DNA of 64,000 bases from Amoebidium appalachense (Eukaryota > Protista > Ichthyosporea), in the NCBI GenBank assembly GCA_963693365.1, contig CAVNZM010000013.1:1017817-1081816 (forward strand), given 5' to 3'. The notes beneath the pieces are model-generated. The model was not told where the DNA came from. It did no database searches and saw nothing but the letters and a program-made list of their open reading frames with translations. The translations under genes and the position numbers were made by a program. Below, one piece after another: positions 14,034-25,240 of this stretch (its first letter is position 1; the number at the start of each line of letters is the position of its first letter).

Positions 14034-14617
14034 TTCCAAAAAAAAAAAAAAAAAAAAAGAAGAAGAAGAAGGAGAAGAAGGAGAAGAAAAGAAAAAAGAG
14101 AAAAAAAAAGTGCAAGCAGAAGACACTTGAACAGAGCTCACCCCTATATCAGAGGGGGGGGGGGGGGGGGGGGAGCAGTGGGTGCGTGAGTTCCCGGATA
14201 TCAGTAAATGCAGGTGCATGCATCAGCATGGAGACCCGTCCACGTAAGAGCATATGTTTGTGTATGGTGTACAACAGTAATGTATACAGACGCACATCTG
14301 CACAAATGCTTTGGTTACTTGGAAGTCCCGGGCTGAGGTTGGAATCGTTACGTACTGTGTTGGCAGCATGGCATTACTACTTCTCCACAAGAAAAATTTA
14401 CAAGTACGTTTGTGAAACCATCTTGACTTGAAATTCACCTACGTAATTGGTAACCACTTCAGCGGCACTGAGGTCCAAACAGTTCTGAAAACGGTTACGA
14501 TGCCAACCAGTACTTTATGTTTTGGGCCCCAAAGGCCTTCAAGACAGGTATGCTAATCAACCTGCCCACCATTTTTGCTGCATACAGTTTTCAAAATATG
14601 TTGAAGTTTTTGAATCT

Positions 14618-14875
14618 TTACATATTGGAACACTCGAAACCCAAATTTGGCGCTGCGTTCAGCAACCGCCATTGGTAGATTATCACGCACAAGGCAACGA
14701 GAAAACACAGCATCCACGTGGTTTTGGCCAGCCTCTCCTCCCTTAAATCCTCCTCCCATGTACTGCTTGCACGCTTATATCTCTGCACCTGCCGCCTTAA
14801 CTGTCCGCAGCTGTTGCACGAATACTCTCTGCCGTTCGAATCTCGGCCAGTGAAAATGCACGCAGGCGTGTCCAT
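14618..14875 (-). CDS. Possible small membrane protein (85 aa), unknown
   Basis: ATG-started ORF in non-repetitive DNA with CxxC, a charged helix and a hydrophobic segment WMLCFLVALCVIIYQW; no recognisable family. Confidence 0.3.
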   Translation of the reverse strand: MDTPACIFTGRDSNGREYSCNSCGQLRRQVQRYKRASSTWEEDLREERLAKTTWMLCFLVALCVIIYQWRLLNAAPNLGFECSNM

Positions 14876-15956
14876 TCTTGTTCTTCTCGCAAGTTGAATC
14901 CCCCGCGTCTCCGTGTCTAGATTTATGTCTTTTCTCTTTGTTACCCCCCGGTCTGTATTTCTGCTAATTCTAACGGCGAAGAAATAAAAAGAAGATACTA
15001 CTAGCTGGATCATGGAATTTTCGTTTGAAATCTGGATTGCCACTTGAGTCAGGCTCTGTGGCTAACTAGGCGCCTGCATACCTGCATTGATTCAGAAAAG
15101 TAAGCGACGTGCTCTAAGGCGTTGGAGTTATTCTATGCTATTTCAACTTGAAAAAGTCTCACTCAACAAAATTTCAAAAATAGTGTGTGCCCGGCTAATA
15201 GCTAGGCCACATAAAGCGCTCGACCATCCACACGTTGTTTTGCAATGCCGATGTTACTTATGTTTATAATGTCAGTAGTCTTTGAGTGCCACTTACATAA
15301 AATCTGCCTCAAGTTATGAATATCACAAGGTGTTCGTAATAAGTGTACCAAGTTTTAAAAGATACATGATAAGCTGCTATTTTTGTCAGTTGAAAGTAAA
15401 TAAAGGGACTTCGGCGTGGGGTACATATGGTGTAGCTGTTGTCAATGTGATTTCGAACTTTGGAGCAGTAGTGCTGGATACATATGGCACCCAGAAAAAG
15501 TCTTATGGATACACATATTTGGCCTCAAAGCTACAATAAAATGCTAATATTGCATTGGAATTATCTAAATAACTGCCCCCCTTCTACAACGGTAACATTC
15601 TGTTTGGGTAAGAACACTGGGTTGAAAGGCCAACATGGCCCACTATCACGCGAATAGATCTATTGGCTTGGTGCACACTGATTGGTACACATGATGCAAT
15701 ATTGTCCAATCCGGAGCTGCTTTAATCAGGGTTTGAAATGTCGCCGGAAGTACAGAGTGGCTGAGAGTGCACGGAACAGCACGCACAATGGCACACACAT
15801 GTTACACCCACCTCCTTAAAATTCTTCCTTATCTGTACGCCTGATATTGCAGAACCAAAACAAATACCTCGACTTTAATCATCTTCATGGTTCTTTTCGG
15901 CATGTTCAGCCGCCACGCTGTGTAGTTCTGGCATCAATTACTTGAACTTCTGAACG

Positions 15957-16038
15957 GTTAGAGTTGAATTGCAAACCCTGCATATCCTTGAACCTATGTT
16001 AGAGTTGAATTGCAAACCCTGCATATCCTTGAACCTAT
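15957..16038. repeat. Perfect tandem duplication, 41 bp x2
   Basis: GTTAGAGTTGAATTGCAAACCCTGCATATCCTTGAACCTAT twice. Confidence 0.9.
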
Positions 16039-16425
16039 GCGGCTTGTGTGGATGGCGCGCGCTCTCGAAGGCTGCCCCTATCTACAAAAGACGATATATA
16101 AGTACTCAGCTCGAGTTGGAAGTGTTGCTTCATTGCCACACAATTTCCTGCAACTTGCTGCGATTTTTCAGTGTGTGGGCTATTTGCCGCAACAATAGAA
16201 ATCTCCACATCCACGTTTTTCGGCCGCGGACTGGCGCGGAGTCGTGTGTGTATTGGTGAAATGCGCGCCTGACGTCGCTCCAATCATGTCCCCAAATAGG
16301 TTTGAGTGTACATGAGTAGCAATCTTGAATAGATCTTGGGCCCCTTCCGACGACCGAGCTCGGTGCTGTGCCATACATGCGTGCACGCACACACACGCAT
16401 GTCAATGGGGAGGAGGAAGTTGCGG

Positions 16426-16513
<88 letters not shown>

Positions 16514-16689
16514 TGTGTATACGTGTGTGTGTGTGTGTGCGCATGCGCCCCCGCGGGCCCCCCTTCCCCCCCCCCCCCCCCCCCCCCCCACCCCCCCCCC
16601 CCCCCGACGCAGTGCATGAGGAAAACCCATTTGCCCCTTGCCCATGGCCATTGTCTGAGCCTTGGGGAGAGAGAGCGTGTGTGTTTTTT

Positions 16690-16741
<52 letters not shown>

Positions 16742-17000
16742 GGGGGGAATGGGGAGTAGGCGAATTCGAAGCCCGAAACTTTGGGGCGTCTCTAAAGATT
16801 AGCACTGTTTGAGGACCTAGCTATCTATACCTCCCCCCCCCCCCCCCCCCCTCCCCTCCCTCCCCAACACGCACGCACGCACACACGCGCGAGCGCGCGC
16901 GCACACACACACACAAACACACACAAACACACACACACACACACACAAATGTGCCCGCCGGCGTCAGCTAGAGGCGAGGCAGAGTGAGACTCCGAGAGAG

Positions 17001-17080
17001 AGACAGATGTGGCCACACTGAGAGAGTCTCGGAAAAAGAGAGACAGATGTGGCCACACTGAGAGAGTCTCGGAAAAAGAG
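17001..17080. repeat. Perfect tandem duplication, 40 bp x2
   Basis: AGACAGATGTGGCCACACTGAGAGAGTCTCGGAAAAAGAG twice. Confidence 0.9.
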
Positions 17081-17114
17081 AGCCTCAGAGAAGGAGAGAA
17101 AAAGAGAGAGAGAA

Positions 17115-17522
17115 GGGCCCAACACATAGGCTGAGCCAACTTGCTCCGTGCAGAATTATTCTGCAAAAAGCAGAATTATTCTTTAAAAGGCAGAATCAAT
17201 CTGCTAAAAGCAGGATCAATCTGCAAGAGCAGAATCAATCTGCTAAAAGCAGAATCACCCTGCAAACAGCAGAATCAATCTGCTAAAAGCAGAATAGCAT
17301 TCTGCTACAGGCAGAGTTATATTCTGCTGTCGATCGCGAAAGCGGAATAATTCTGCTAGAACATGAAAGCCCAATGATTCTGCTAAAAGCAGAATTCGAA
17401 TATTTCTGCCAAAAGCACAGTGATTCTGCTTTTGCAGAATAAATCTGCTTTTCGCAGAATAATTCGCTTTTGCAGAATAATTCTGGTTTTTGCAAGTTGA
17501 CTCTGCCGATGTGGTTGGGCCC
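17115..17522. mobile_element. MITE with ~30-bp TIRs and an internal array of ~20-bp palindromic units (PIF/Harbinger-like termini)
   Basis: Left end GGGCCCAACACATAGGCTGAGCCAACTTGC; right end reverse complement GGGCCCAACCACATCGGCAGAGTCAACTTGC. Interior is repeated (AAAA)GCAGAATnAnTCTGC. No clean TSD (gaa / tga). Confidence 0.7.
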
Positions 17523-17750
17523 TGAGATCTAGAGATCTGAAAGAGGGAGGAGGGGAGGGGGTGGAGGGGGATGGAGCCTAGAGAGAAAGAGCTAAGACCT
17601 AGAGCTAAGAGCTAAGAGCTAAGACCTAGAGCTAAGAGCTAAGAGAGAAAGACCTAGAGCCTCGAGAGAAAGAGCTCTGGCTATGTAGAGAGAGTGCTCT
17701 AGATCTCTGTAGTGCCAGAGAGATCCATAGAGAGAAAGAGAGGGGCGGGG

Positions 17751-17782
<32 letters not shown>

Positions 17783-17880
17783 GGGAGAGAGAGAGAGAGA
17801 GAGCCTGCGGAGAGAGAGAGAGAGGGAGAGAGAGGAGAGAGAGGGGGGGGGGGGGGGGGAAGGGAGGGGGGGAGAAGAGA

Positions 17881-17934
<54 letters not shown>

Positions 17935-18021
17935 GAGAGAGAGGGGGGGGGGGGGGGGGGAAGAGAGAGAGAGAGAGCGAGAAAGAGAGAGAGAGAGAGA
18001 GCGAGAGAGAGGGGGGGGGGG

Positions 18022-18098
<77 letters not shown>

Positions 18099-18100
<2 letters not shown>

Positions 18101-18226
18101 CAGACACACATATACCGACTCCTGCACTCAAGAGTCCATCGTGCACCACACACACACAACATGGCACACACGACACGTGCACGCGCGCGCTTATGTATAA
18201 ACTGTGGTGTGTGTTCTGGTGGTGGT

Positions 18227-18300
<74 letters not shown>

Positions 18301-18451
18301 CAAGACACACATATACCGACTCCTGCACTCAAGAGTCCATCGTGCACCACACACACACAACATGGCACACACGACACGTGCACGCGCGCGCTTATGTATA
18401 AACTGTGGTGTGTGTTCTGGTGGTGGTGGTGGGGGGGGGGGGGGGGGGGGG

Positions 18452-18485
<34 letters not shown>
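18099..18485. repeat. Tandem duplication, ~200 bp x2, including poly-G and (GA)n
   Basis: Block GACACACATATACCGACTCCTGCACTCAAGAGTCC...TGTGTTCTGGTGGTGG starts at ~18103 and ~18305. Confidence 0.9.
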
Positions 18486-18490
<5 letters not shown>

Positions 18491-18560
18491 GGATTGGTTT
18501 AGAGAGAAAGAGGGATTGGTTTTCTTCGTTTTTATTATAGTCCCATTAGCCGCCACATAG

Positions 18561-18686
18561 GCCGCATATGCTCCAAGATTGAGTCATAAGAGTATAAACA
18601 ATTCCGGCCGAGAAAACCATCCAGCCGCATATGCTCCAAGATTGAGTCATAAGAGTATAAACAATTCCGGCCGAGAAAACCATCCA
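18561..18686. repeat. Perfect tandem duplication, 63 bp x2
   Basis: GCCGCATATGCTCCAAGATTGAGTCATAAGAGTATAAACAATTCCGGCCGAGAAAACCATCCA twice. Confidence 0.9.
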
Positions 18687-19138
18687 ATGAAAACATTGTG
18701 TTATCTTGTAATAATCAAAGGAAACGACTAATTAGGTGCGCCTTCAACATGGTACCGAGAGAGTTAAAGGCAGGTACTCACTACCAAAGTAGAAGCGCAT
18801 GCAGTCCTGGCGGGGCCCACATCAGGGGCATATTCTTTTTCTGCGAACCAGGACAACCCTTCTCATAGGTCTGATTCCCGACCATCTCACCTGTTGCAGC
18901 AATAACTATATCAACAAATATATAATTTTAGGGGGAAGAATATGTCGAAAACTATATGATGTATAAAGCGACAACTACATTTCCGATTCCTTGCACCACC
19001 GGCATCTTAGCAACGGCTCCCAACAAAAACGCCCGCAACCCATACCACATTAGGTAAATAGGCAACGATTCCTATTGGCCGTTTTCCACCACCGCCGCCA
19101 TAAAAATTAAAATGTAAAATTAAAATATCCACCGATTC

Positions 19139-19321
19139 TTACTGGATGCTGGCCACGGGCTCGCCGTTCTTGTTCCAATGGATCATCACCTCGAACATGG
19201 GCGACCGGTCACCAAACTGTCCCTCCATGCCGGTGGGAGCAGGCACCTGATTGGATGGTGGATGGGCCAATTAGAATCGATTTACTTTACTTCTTGAGAA
19301 CGGAGATGATATTTGTTGGAT

Positions 19322-19356
<35 letters not shown>

Positions 19357-19560
19357 AAGAGGGTAGCAAAAACCGACCAAACCAAAAACAGCAAGCATGC
19401 ACCAAAAGTCGACACATACACACCCACACCCACATCACACACACACCTCCAACCCCCCCCCTCTCCCCCCCCCCACATACAAACACAAACACACACAACC
19501 CAATCACACACCTGCACCACCATGACCTCAGGGGGCACGTACTTGAGGTCACAAACACCT

Positions 19561-19607
<47 letters not shown>

Positions 19608-19975
19608 ATCCACCCCCTCCCCCCCCCCGTCAAACCCACCAACCTCCCTCCCCTTCCCCCCCCCCCACACGCACACAAATCACACACCTGCACAACCATG
19701 CCCTCAGGGGGTACGTTCTTGAGGTCGCTAGCGTTGAGTCTCAGTTTGGGAGATTTTGATTGGTCCAAACCAGTGGGGGTGGAGGGGAAAAACTTGTTCA
19801 TGTGGCTGTCAAAACCGGCTGCCATTGGGTTGGGAGAGGCCGGAGCGGGCATTCCTCCCTGTTGATTGGTTGGTTGGATGAGAAGTGGGCCAATGAGAAT
19901 AAAGTGTGGATGGAAAGGAAGGAAGGAAATTGCTCGTGTGTGAGTGTGTGTGTGTTGGGGTGGGTGGATGGGTGT

Positions 19976-20029
<54 letters not shown>

Positions 20030-21238
20030 GGGGGAGGAAGGGGGAGGGAGGGGGTGGGGGGGGGTGGGGGGCTGAGCGAGCGAGCGAGTGCGCGCACGTG
20101 TGTGGCGATGCGTGACCCGTTGGTCTGAAATCTGAGGTTTGAGAAAGCCTGTGTGTTTGCGTGTTTGTGTGATTTGGAGGGGGGGGGGGGGGGGGGGGGG
20201 GGGGGAGGGAGAGAGAGAGAGAGAGAAAGACCCAGACACACACACACACCCACACACATGTACACAAACATAAACGCAAACACACTTCTTTCCCTTACCT
20301 GAAAGATGGGAGGAGGGTGCAGGTCGGGCCTCTTAGGCTCGATGACGTAATGGGGTGAGGGCATAGGGGAGGCAGCCTCGGGGGGTGAGGGGGCCGTTTC
20401 GTGTCCCTCCTGAATACGCACTGTCTTGGAGCCAGAACGGCCACGCTGCGTGGTGGGCTGTGGGGAGATGGGAGCGGCCTGCAAACCGGAAAATCATGAA
20501 TAAATATACGGGAATTTGACCATCCCCTCCCATCCCTCCCCCCCCCCCCCCCCCCCCCCCCCTACCCACCCCCTCCCCCCTTTCACTTTCTCCCCACATT
20601 AGGAAATCACGAGTTAGCATATGGGGATACGAGAAACTCCCCTCTCAAAAAAAAAAAAAAAAAAAAAAAAAACCCCACAAAAATGCCCAAAATCCCTTTG
20701 AGGCAAACAAAGTACGCGCCAACACTGTACACCCCAAATTCAACCTACCCTTACGATCATTTCCCCCCCCTCCCCCCCGGGGGCAAAGAAATAAATAATA
20801 AAGCAAGAAAGAGACCACACCCCCTCCCCTTCCCCCCCCTCCGCCAACAAAAACTCACACCCACCCCCAAACCCAAACAAAACCCCTCATCCAGTCCCCA
20901 AAACCCCCACCCAGCCCCAAAAAAACCCCACCCAAAAAAAAAAAAACCCCCCCACCCAAACAAATAAACCCCCACCCACCCACCAACCTGCTCATCGGCC
21001 GTCGACCTCTCATTCACATTCTTAACCATCCAGCTAGCAGGCTTGGCCAGGGAGTAACCTCGTTTGCGTACTACCTCGGAACCCATTGTGCCACTAACGA
21101 GGAATTCGGAGGAACACACGTCAGAGGCGAGACCAAACCAGCGGAAACGGGCAACGTCCGAGGGAAGGATCTTGCCGGAGGTGTAGTTGGTGGTTGCGTC
21201 CTTGTCCTGTGTATGTACATGTGTGTACGTGTGTGTGT

Positions 21239-21273
<35 letters not shown>

Positions 21274-21662
21274 GGGGGTTGAGTGAGTGTGTGGGGGGGG
21301 GGGGGGGGGGGGGGAGGGGTTGAGTGAGTGTGTGTGTTTGAGTGTGTGCGTGCGTGTGTGGAGATGTGTGCATGTTTGAGGGTGTGTGAGTGTCTGTTCC
21401 TGTGTCCGTGCCCGTGTGTGATGGATAGTCCACGTTGTGAAGGACTATTCAAGGAGGTTGGGTTCTCGGTACATTCCCCCCCCCCTTCCCCCCTTACCCC
21501 CTTCCCCATCTCTCGAGCCCCCTTCTTCCCTCTCTTTTTACTCCCTCTCTCTCTCCCTCCCCCATCCCTCCTCCTCCCCCAACCCCCTCCCCCCTCTCCC
21601 TACCACCTGCTCAGCAGTGAAACTCTTTCAGTACTTCAATCCCCCCCACCCCCTCAAACCCC

Positions 21663-21693
<31 letters not shown>

Positions 21694-23567
21694 ACACATT
21701 CCCCCCCTCCAATTGCTCACACCCACCCACCCACCCACCCACACCCACACATACACACGCACGCACACACACACACGCTCCCACCATACCCTCCATCCCC
21801 CTTCCAACTGCTCACACACACACACCCACCCACCCCCACCCCCCCCCCCCCCCCCCACACACACACACCTCCTGTATGGCCACGTTGTATGCTCTGGCCG
21901 CAAGCTCAGGCGCCTTTCTGTACACATCCGTGGCCCTCTGCAGGTATTCCATCCTGTGGTGTGATTGGTTAGCTAAAAAATAAAAACCTCATTCGATAAG
22001 TTTGACAAGCTAGCTAGCTACGGAGCACGTGTGTGTGCGCGTACGTCAAAACGGGCATGCAGGTGCGCACAAACAGGCACACGCCCACACATGCACCCCC
22101 CCCCCCCCTCACTTTGCCCCTTCTTCCACCCCTCCCCCCTCCCCTGACACACACACACACATGCACACACACACACACACACACACACATACGCACGCAC
22201 CCACGACACACAGGCATAAGCATTTGAGCGCACACCACACCCACACACCCACACACACACGGACACACACACCTGTTCTCCATGAGCTTAGGCTGCGCCG
22301 TATACTTAAGTTTCCCATCGCCGTTGAGTGTCAGATCGCTCAGATTGCACAGGGTCTCTGCACGATTAAACGTGCGATGGTGGAACTGGCCCGTGCTCAC
22401 GTCCATGCGGTAGAGGGGGAGGAGCTTCCAGCCATCTGTGGCCACCTAAAAAGTAAAAAAACGGAGAAAAGGGTGAAAATCCGTGTTAGGTGAAAGGAGT
22501 TACCCGGGGGAAAGGGGAAAAAAAAAAAAAGACTGACTATGTATGATGGAAAAGGCGGATAGGGAGGGGATGTGTGCGTTAAAACCTGGGAAAGGAGTAT
22601 AAAACTGCATGTGTATGTGCTAGTAGTTATTTGGCGATTTCGATTGGTCTAGGTTCTAAAATAGAGAGACGCGGGGAAAAGAGCAACAATGCTGATTAAC
22701 GTGGTGATAGTTTGTGTTTTTTTACACACCCCCGCTCCCCCCCGCCGTGTCTGGCCCCCCCCCCCCCCCCCCCCCCCCCGGGCCAACGCTCGCACGGGCC
22801 AACACACACACACACACACACACACGCGCACACACCAACACCCCCGCCCAAATTTCCCCCCCCCCTTGCCTCCCCTCCCCCCTCCCCTTCCCCCCGTCCC
22901 AACACACACACACACACACACACACGTACACACACACACACACACGTACCTGCTCGATCGCCTTGATGATGTACTCCACCTCATCATCACCCACAAAGTA
23001 ATTGAAGTTCACACGCACCCACCCGTGCTTCATGCACCCGTAACCCGCGGCAACGTGCGGGGCGAGAAGCTGAGCTTGTTCGTCCGTCATACCAAAGAGG
23101 CGGTGGGAGTAGGGGCCAGAGCAAAGACAGCCGGAGCGGACCTGTGTAAATGGATGAAAAAACGGGAATAATGGGAAGGAAACGGTGTGGTTAGTGTGAT
23201 GAAAGATGGAAATGATGATGGGTGTGGTTGCTTGGGTGTGGGAAAAGTGGTCTGAGTACCTCTGTGCTTGTGCTTGTGTCCTTGTGTGTGTGTGTGTGTG
23301 TGCTTGTGCTTGTGTCCTTGTGTGTGTGTGTGCGCGTGTGTGCGTGTGTGTCAGCCTTTGCACGCTTGTGTGTACCGTGCCTTGTTGTACTGTGTGCATG
23401 CTGTGTGCTACTGAGTACCTGGTGTGTTCGTGTTCTTTAACTGCTTTGGCTTACCAGTACTTGTGGTGAATACATCGTTGCAAAATCGTTGTAAAAGGAA
23501 AGGTTTGTTTTGACAGTGAAAAGCTTCCAGAACACCAACACCACGACAATCGCTCTTTCCCTCCCTC

Positions 23568-23602
<35 letters not shown>

Positions 23603-25097
23603 AAACCATCCACCCCCCCCCCCCCACCCCCCCACCCCTTTTTTAACAGAAAAATAGTAAACACAACGGAAGCACAGACACACACACCCACAACCACACA
23701 CATGTGCACCAAAACACGTGCACACACACCTGAATGCCATACAGGTCGTTGAGCACCGACGCCACAAAGTGCGGGTGCAGATACTCGACCCACGGGTTGG
23801 ATTCCGTCGTGTAGCGAAGGTTGAACGAACAGATGGTAAGACGATCCTCCCCTTGGAACGCCTTCTTCGTCTTGCCGACAATCACAATGTTTGGATGCTT
23901 ACTCAGCTGAGCAACCGTCTTGGCGGCGTATTTCCTCTCCAGCCGCTCGACGCGATGAACCCCGACCTGATCTTTCAAACTGAGCGTGAGGCCGGAACGG
24001 ATCGCCTGAAGCAACGCGGGCGTGCCGTACTCAACGGGAGCAACAAATTCCCCTGCCTTCTTCCCCCCCGTTTTGGGGCAATTCTCGGCCACCTCCTTGC
24101 GCGTAACCAGAACACCAGCCGAGCCGGGACCACCGACGCTCTTGTGGGGGGACATCATGATGGCATCCTTGTTCTTCATCTGGATGTCGACGTACGCACC
24201 AGCACCTGCGTAATCCCAGAACGCGAGAAAACCGTTGTCCTTGAGAGCGTTGGTGATGCCGTCAATGTCCGGGATGATACCCGTCACGTTGTTTCCAGCA
24301 CTGAACGACCCGATGCGTAGAGGGCGGTGGGCAAACTTCTTGCAGACGGCGGCAACATCGGCGGGGTTGATGTTTCCATCGGCGTCCTCCTCGACGAAGA
24401 CGACATCGGCAATGGTGTTCTGCCAAACGATTTCGTTGGCGATGTGCTCATACGCACCGATGAGAACAACGGGGCGTTCGTAGTCGGGGATCTCCGTGTT
24501 GATGCCGTACTTGTGCAGCTCCTTGGATGCGTCGATGCCCAACATGTCGATGAGCTGAGAAATGGCTGCTGTGGTTCCCGCGCCGCTGAAGAAGATCACG
24601 TGCTCCTCGGGGTTTGCACCCACGTGCTTGGCAACCAACCTTCTGGCCTCTTCCAGAAACCGCTTCGACTGCCCGCCGCAGATGGAGCTGGGCTCCGAGT
24701 GGATGTTTGCGTACATGGGATACACGACATCGTTCATGTAGTCTTCAATGATTGAGAGCATGCGACCCGACGCGGTATAGTCCGCGTACGTGATGAGGCG
24801 CGGTCCGAAGGGTCCCTGTACCGCGGTGTCCGTCCCTATCACGCCCTTCCTTATCACACTCACCACCTGCTCGTCTTGCTGCTCCGTGGGGTCCTTATGA
24901 ACAGCCGCATTGTGTGACGTCTGTTGTTGGTAGGCAGGCGGGGCGCCCGCGGCATCTGCATTGTATGCCATTGAACTTTGGAGCATGTGTGAGGGCCGGC
25001 GACTGAACTCGCTCGAGGTGGCCCCGGCTGAAGGGGACGTGGGAGTCCGCCGAGGGCCGTTTTCGTCAAGCGACCCTGAGAGGTAGGAGCGACTCAT
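19139..25097 (-). CDS. Aminotransferase class V / cysteine desulfurase-like PLP enzyme, 8 coding exons, ~831 aa
   Basis: Exons 25097-23730, 23141-22950, 22445-22273, 21953-21869, 21206-20988, 20478-20299, 19858-19688, 19246-19139. All are GT-AG, phase-consistent and end in TAA. Motifs: GPFGPRLITYADYTASGR, YANIH, EHIANEIVW, WDYAGAG, SPHK (PLP lysine), RSGCLCSGPY (Cys loop), GWVRVNFNYF, FRWF. Confidence 0.93.
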
Positions 25098-25119
25098 TTT
25101 TCGTAAGGGGCGTGTGTAC

Positions 25120-25240
25120 CTGTGTGTGTGTGCACGCGTTTGTGCGTGTGTGTATGTGTGTATGTGTTTTGAGGGGCTGGTAGAAGGGGTGCCAGAGGAA
25201 AATGGTTGCTTGTGCTGACAACACGAGAAAAGTGAAATAC
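25120..25240 (-). other. Possible 5'-UTR intron of the aminotransferase gene
   Basis: AG|gtattt at 25240 and (CA)n-cag| at 25120, 22 nt upstream of the ATG at 25097; same CA-rich acceptor style as the coding introns. Splice signals only. Confidence 0.4.

Noticed and set aside
17145-17495. Regular ~20-bp palindromic repeats resembling a CRISPR array
   Set aside because: No unique spacers, no cas genes, eukaryotic context; the array is enclosed by TIRs.
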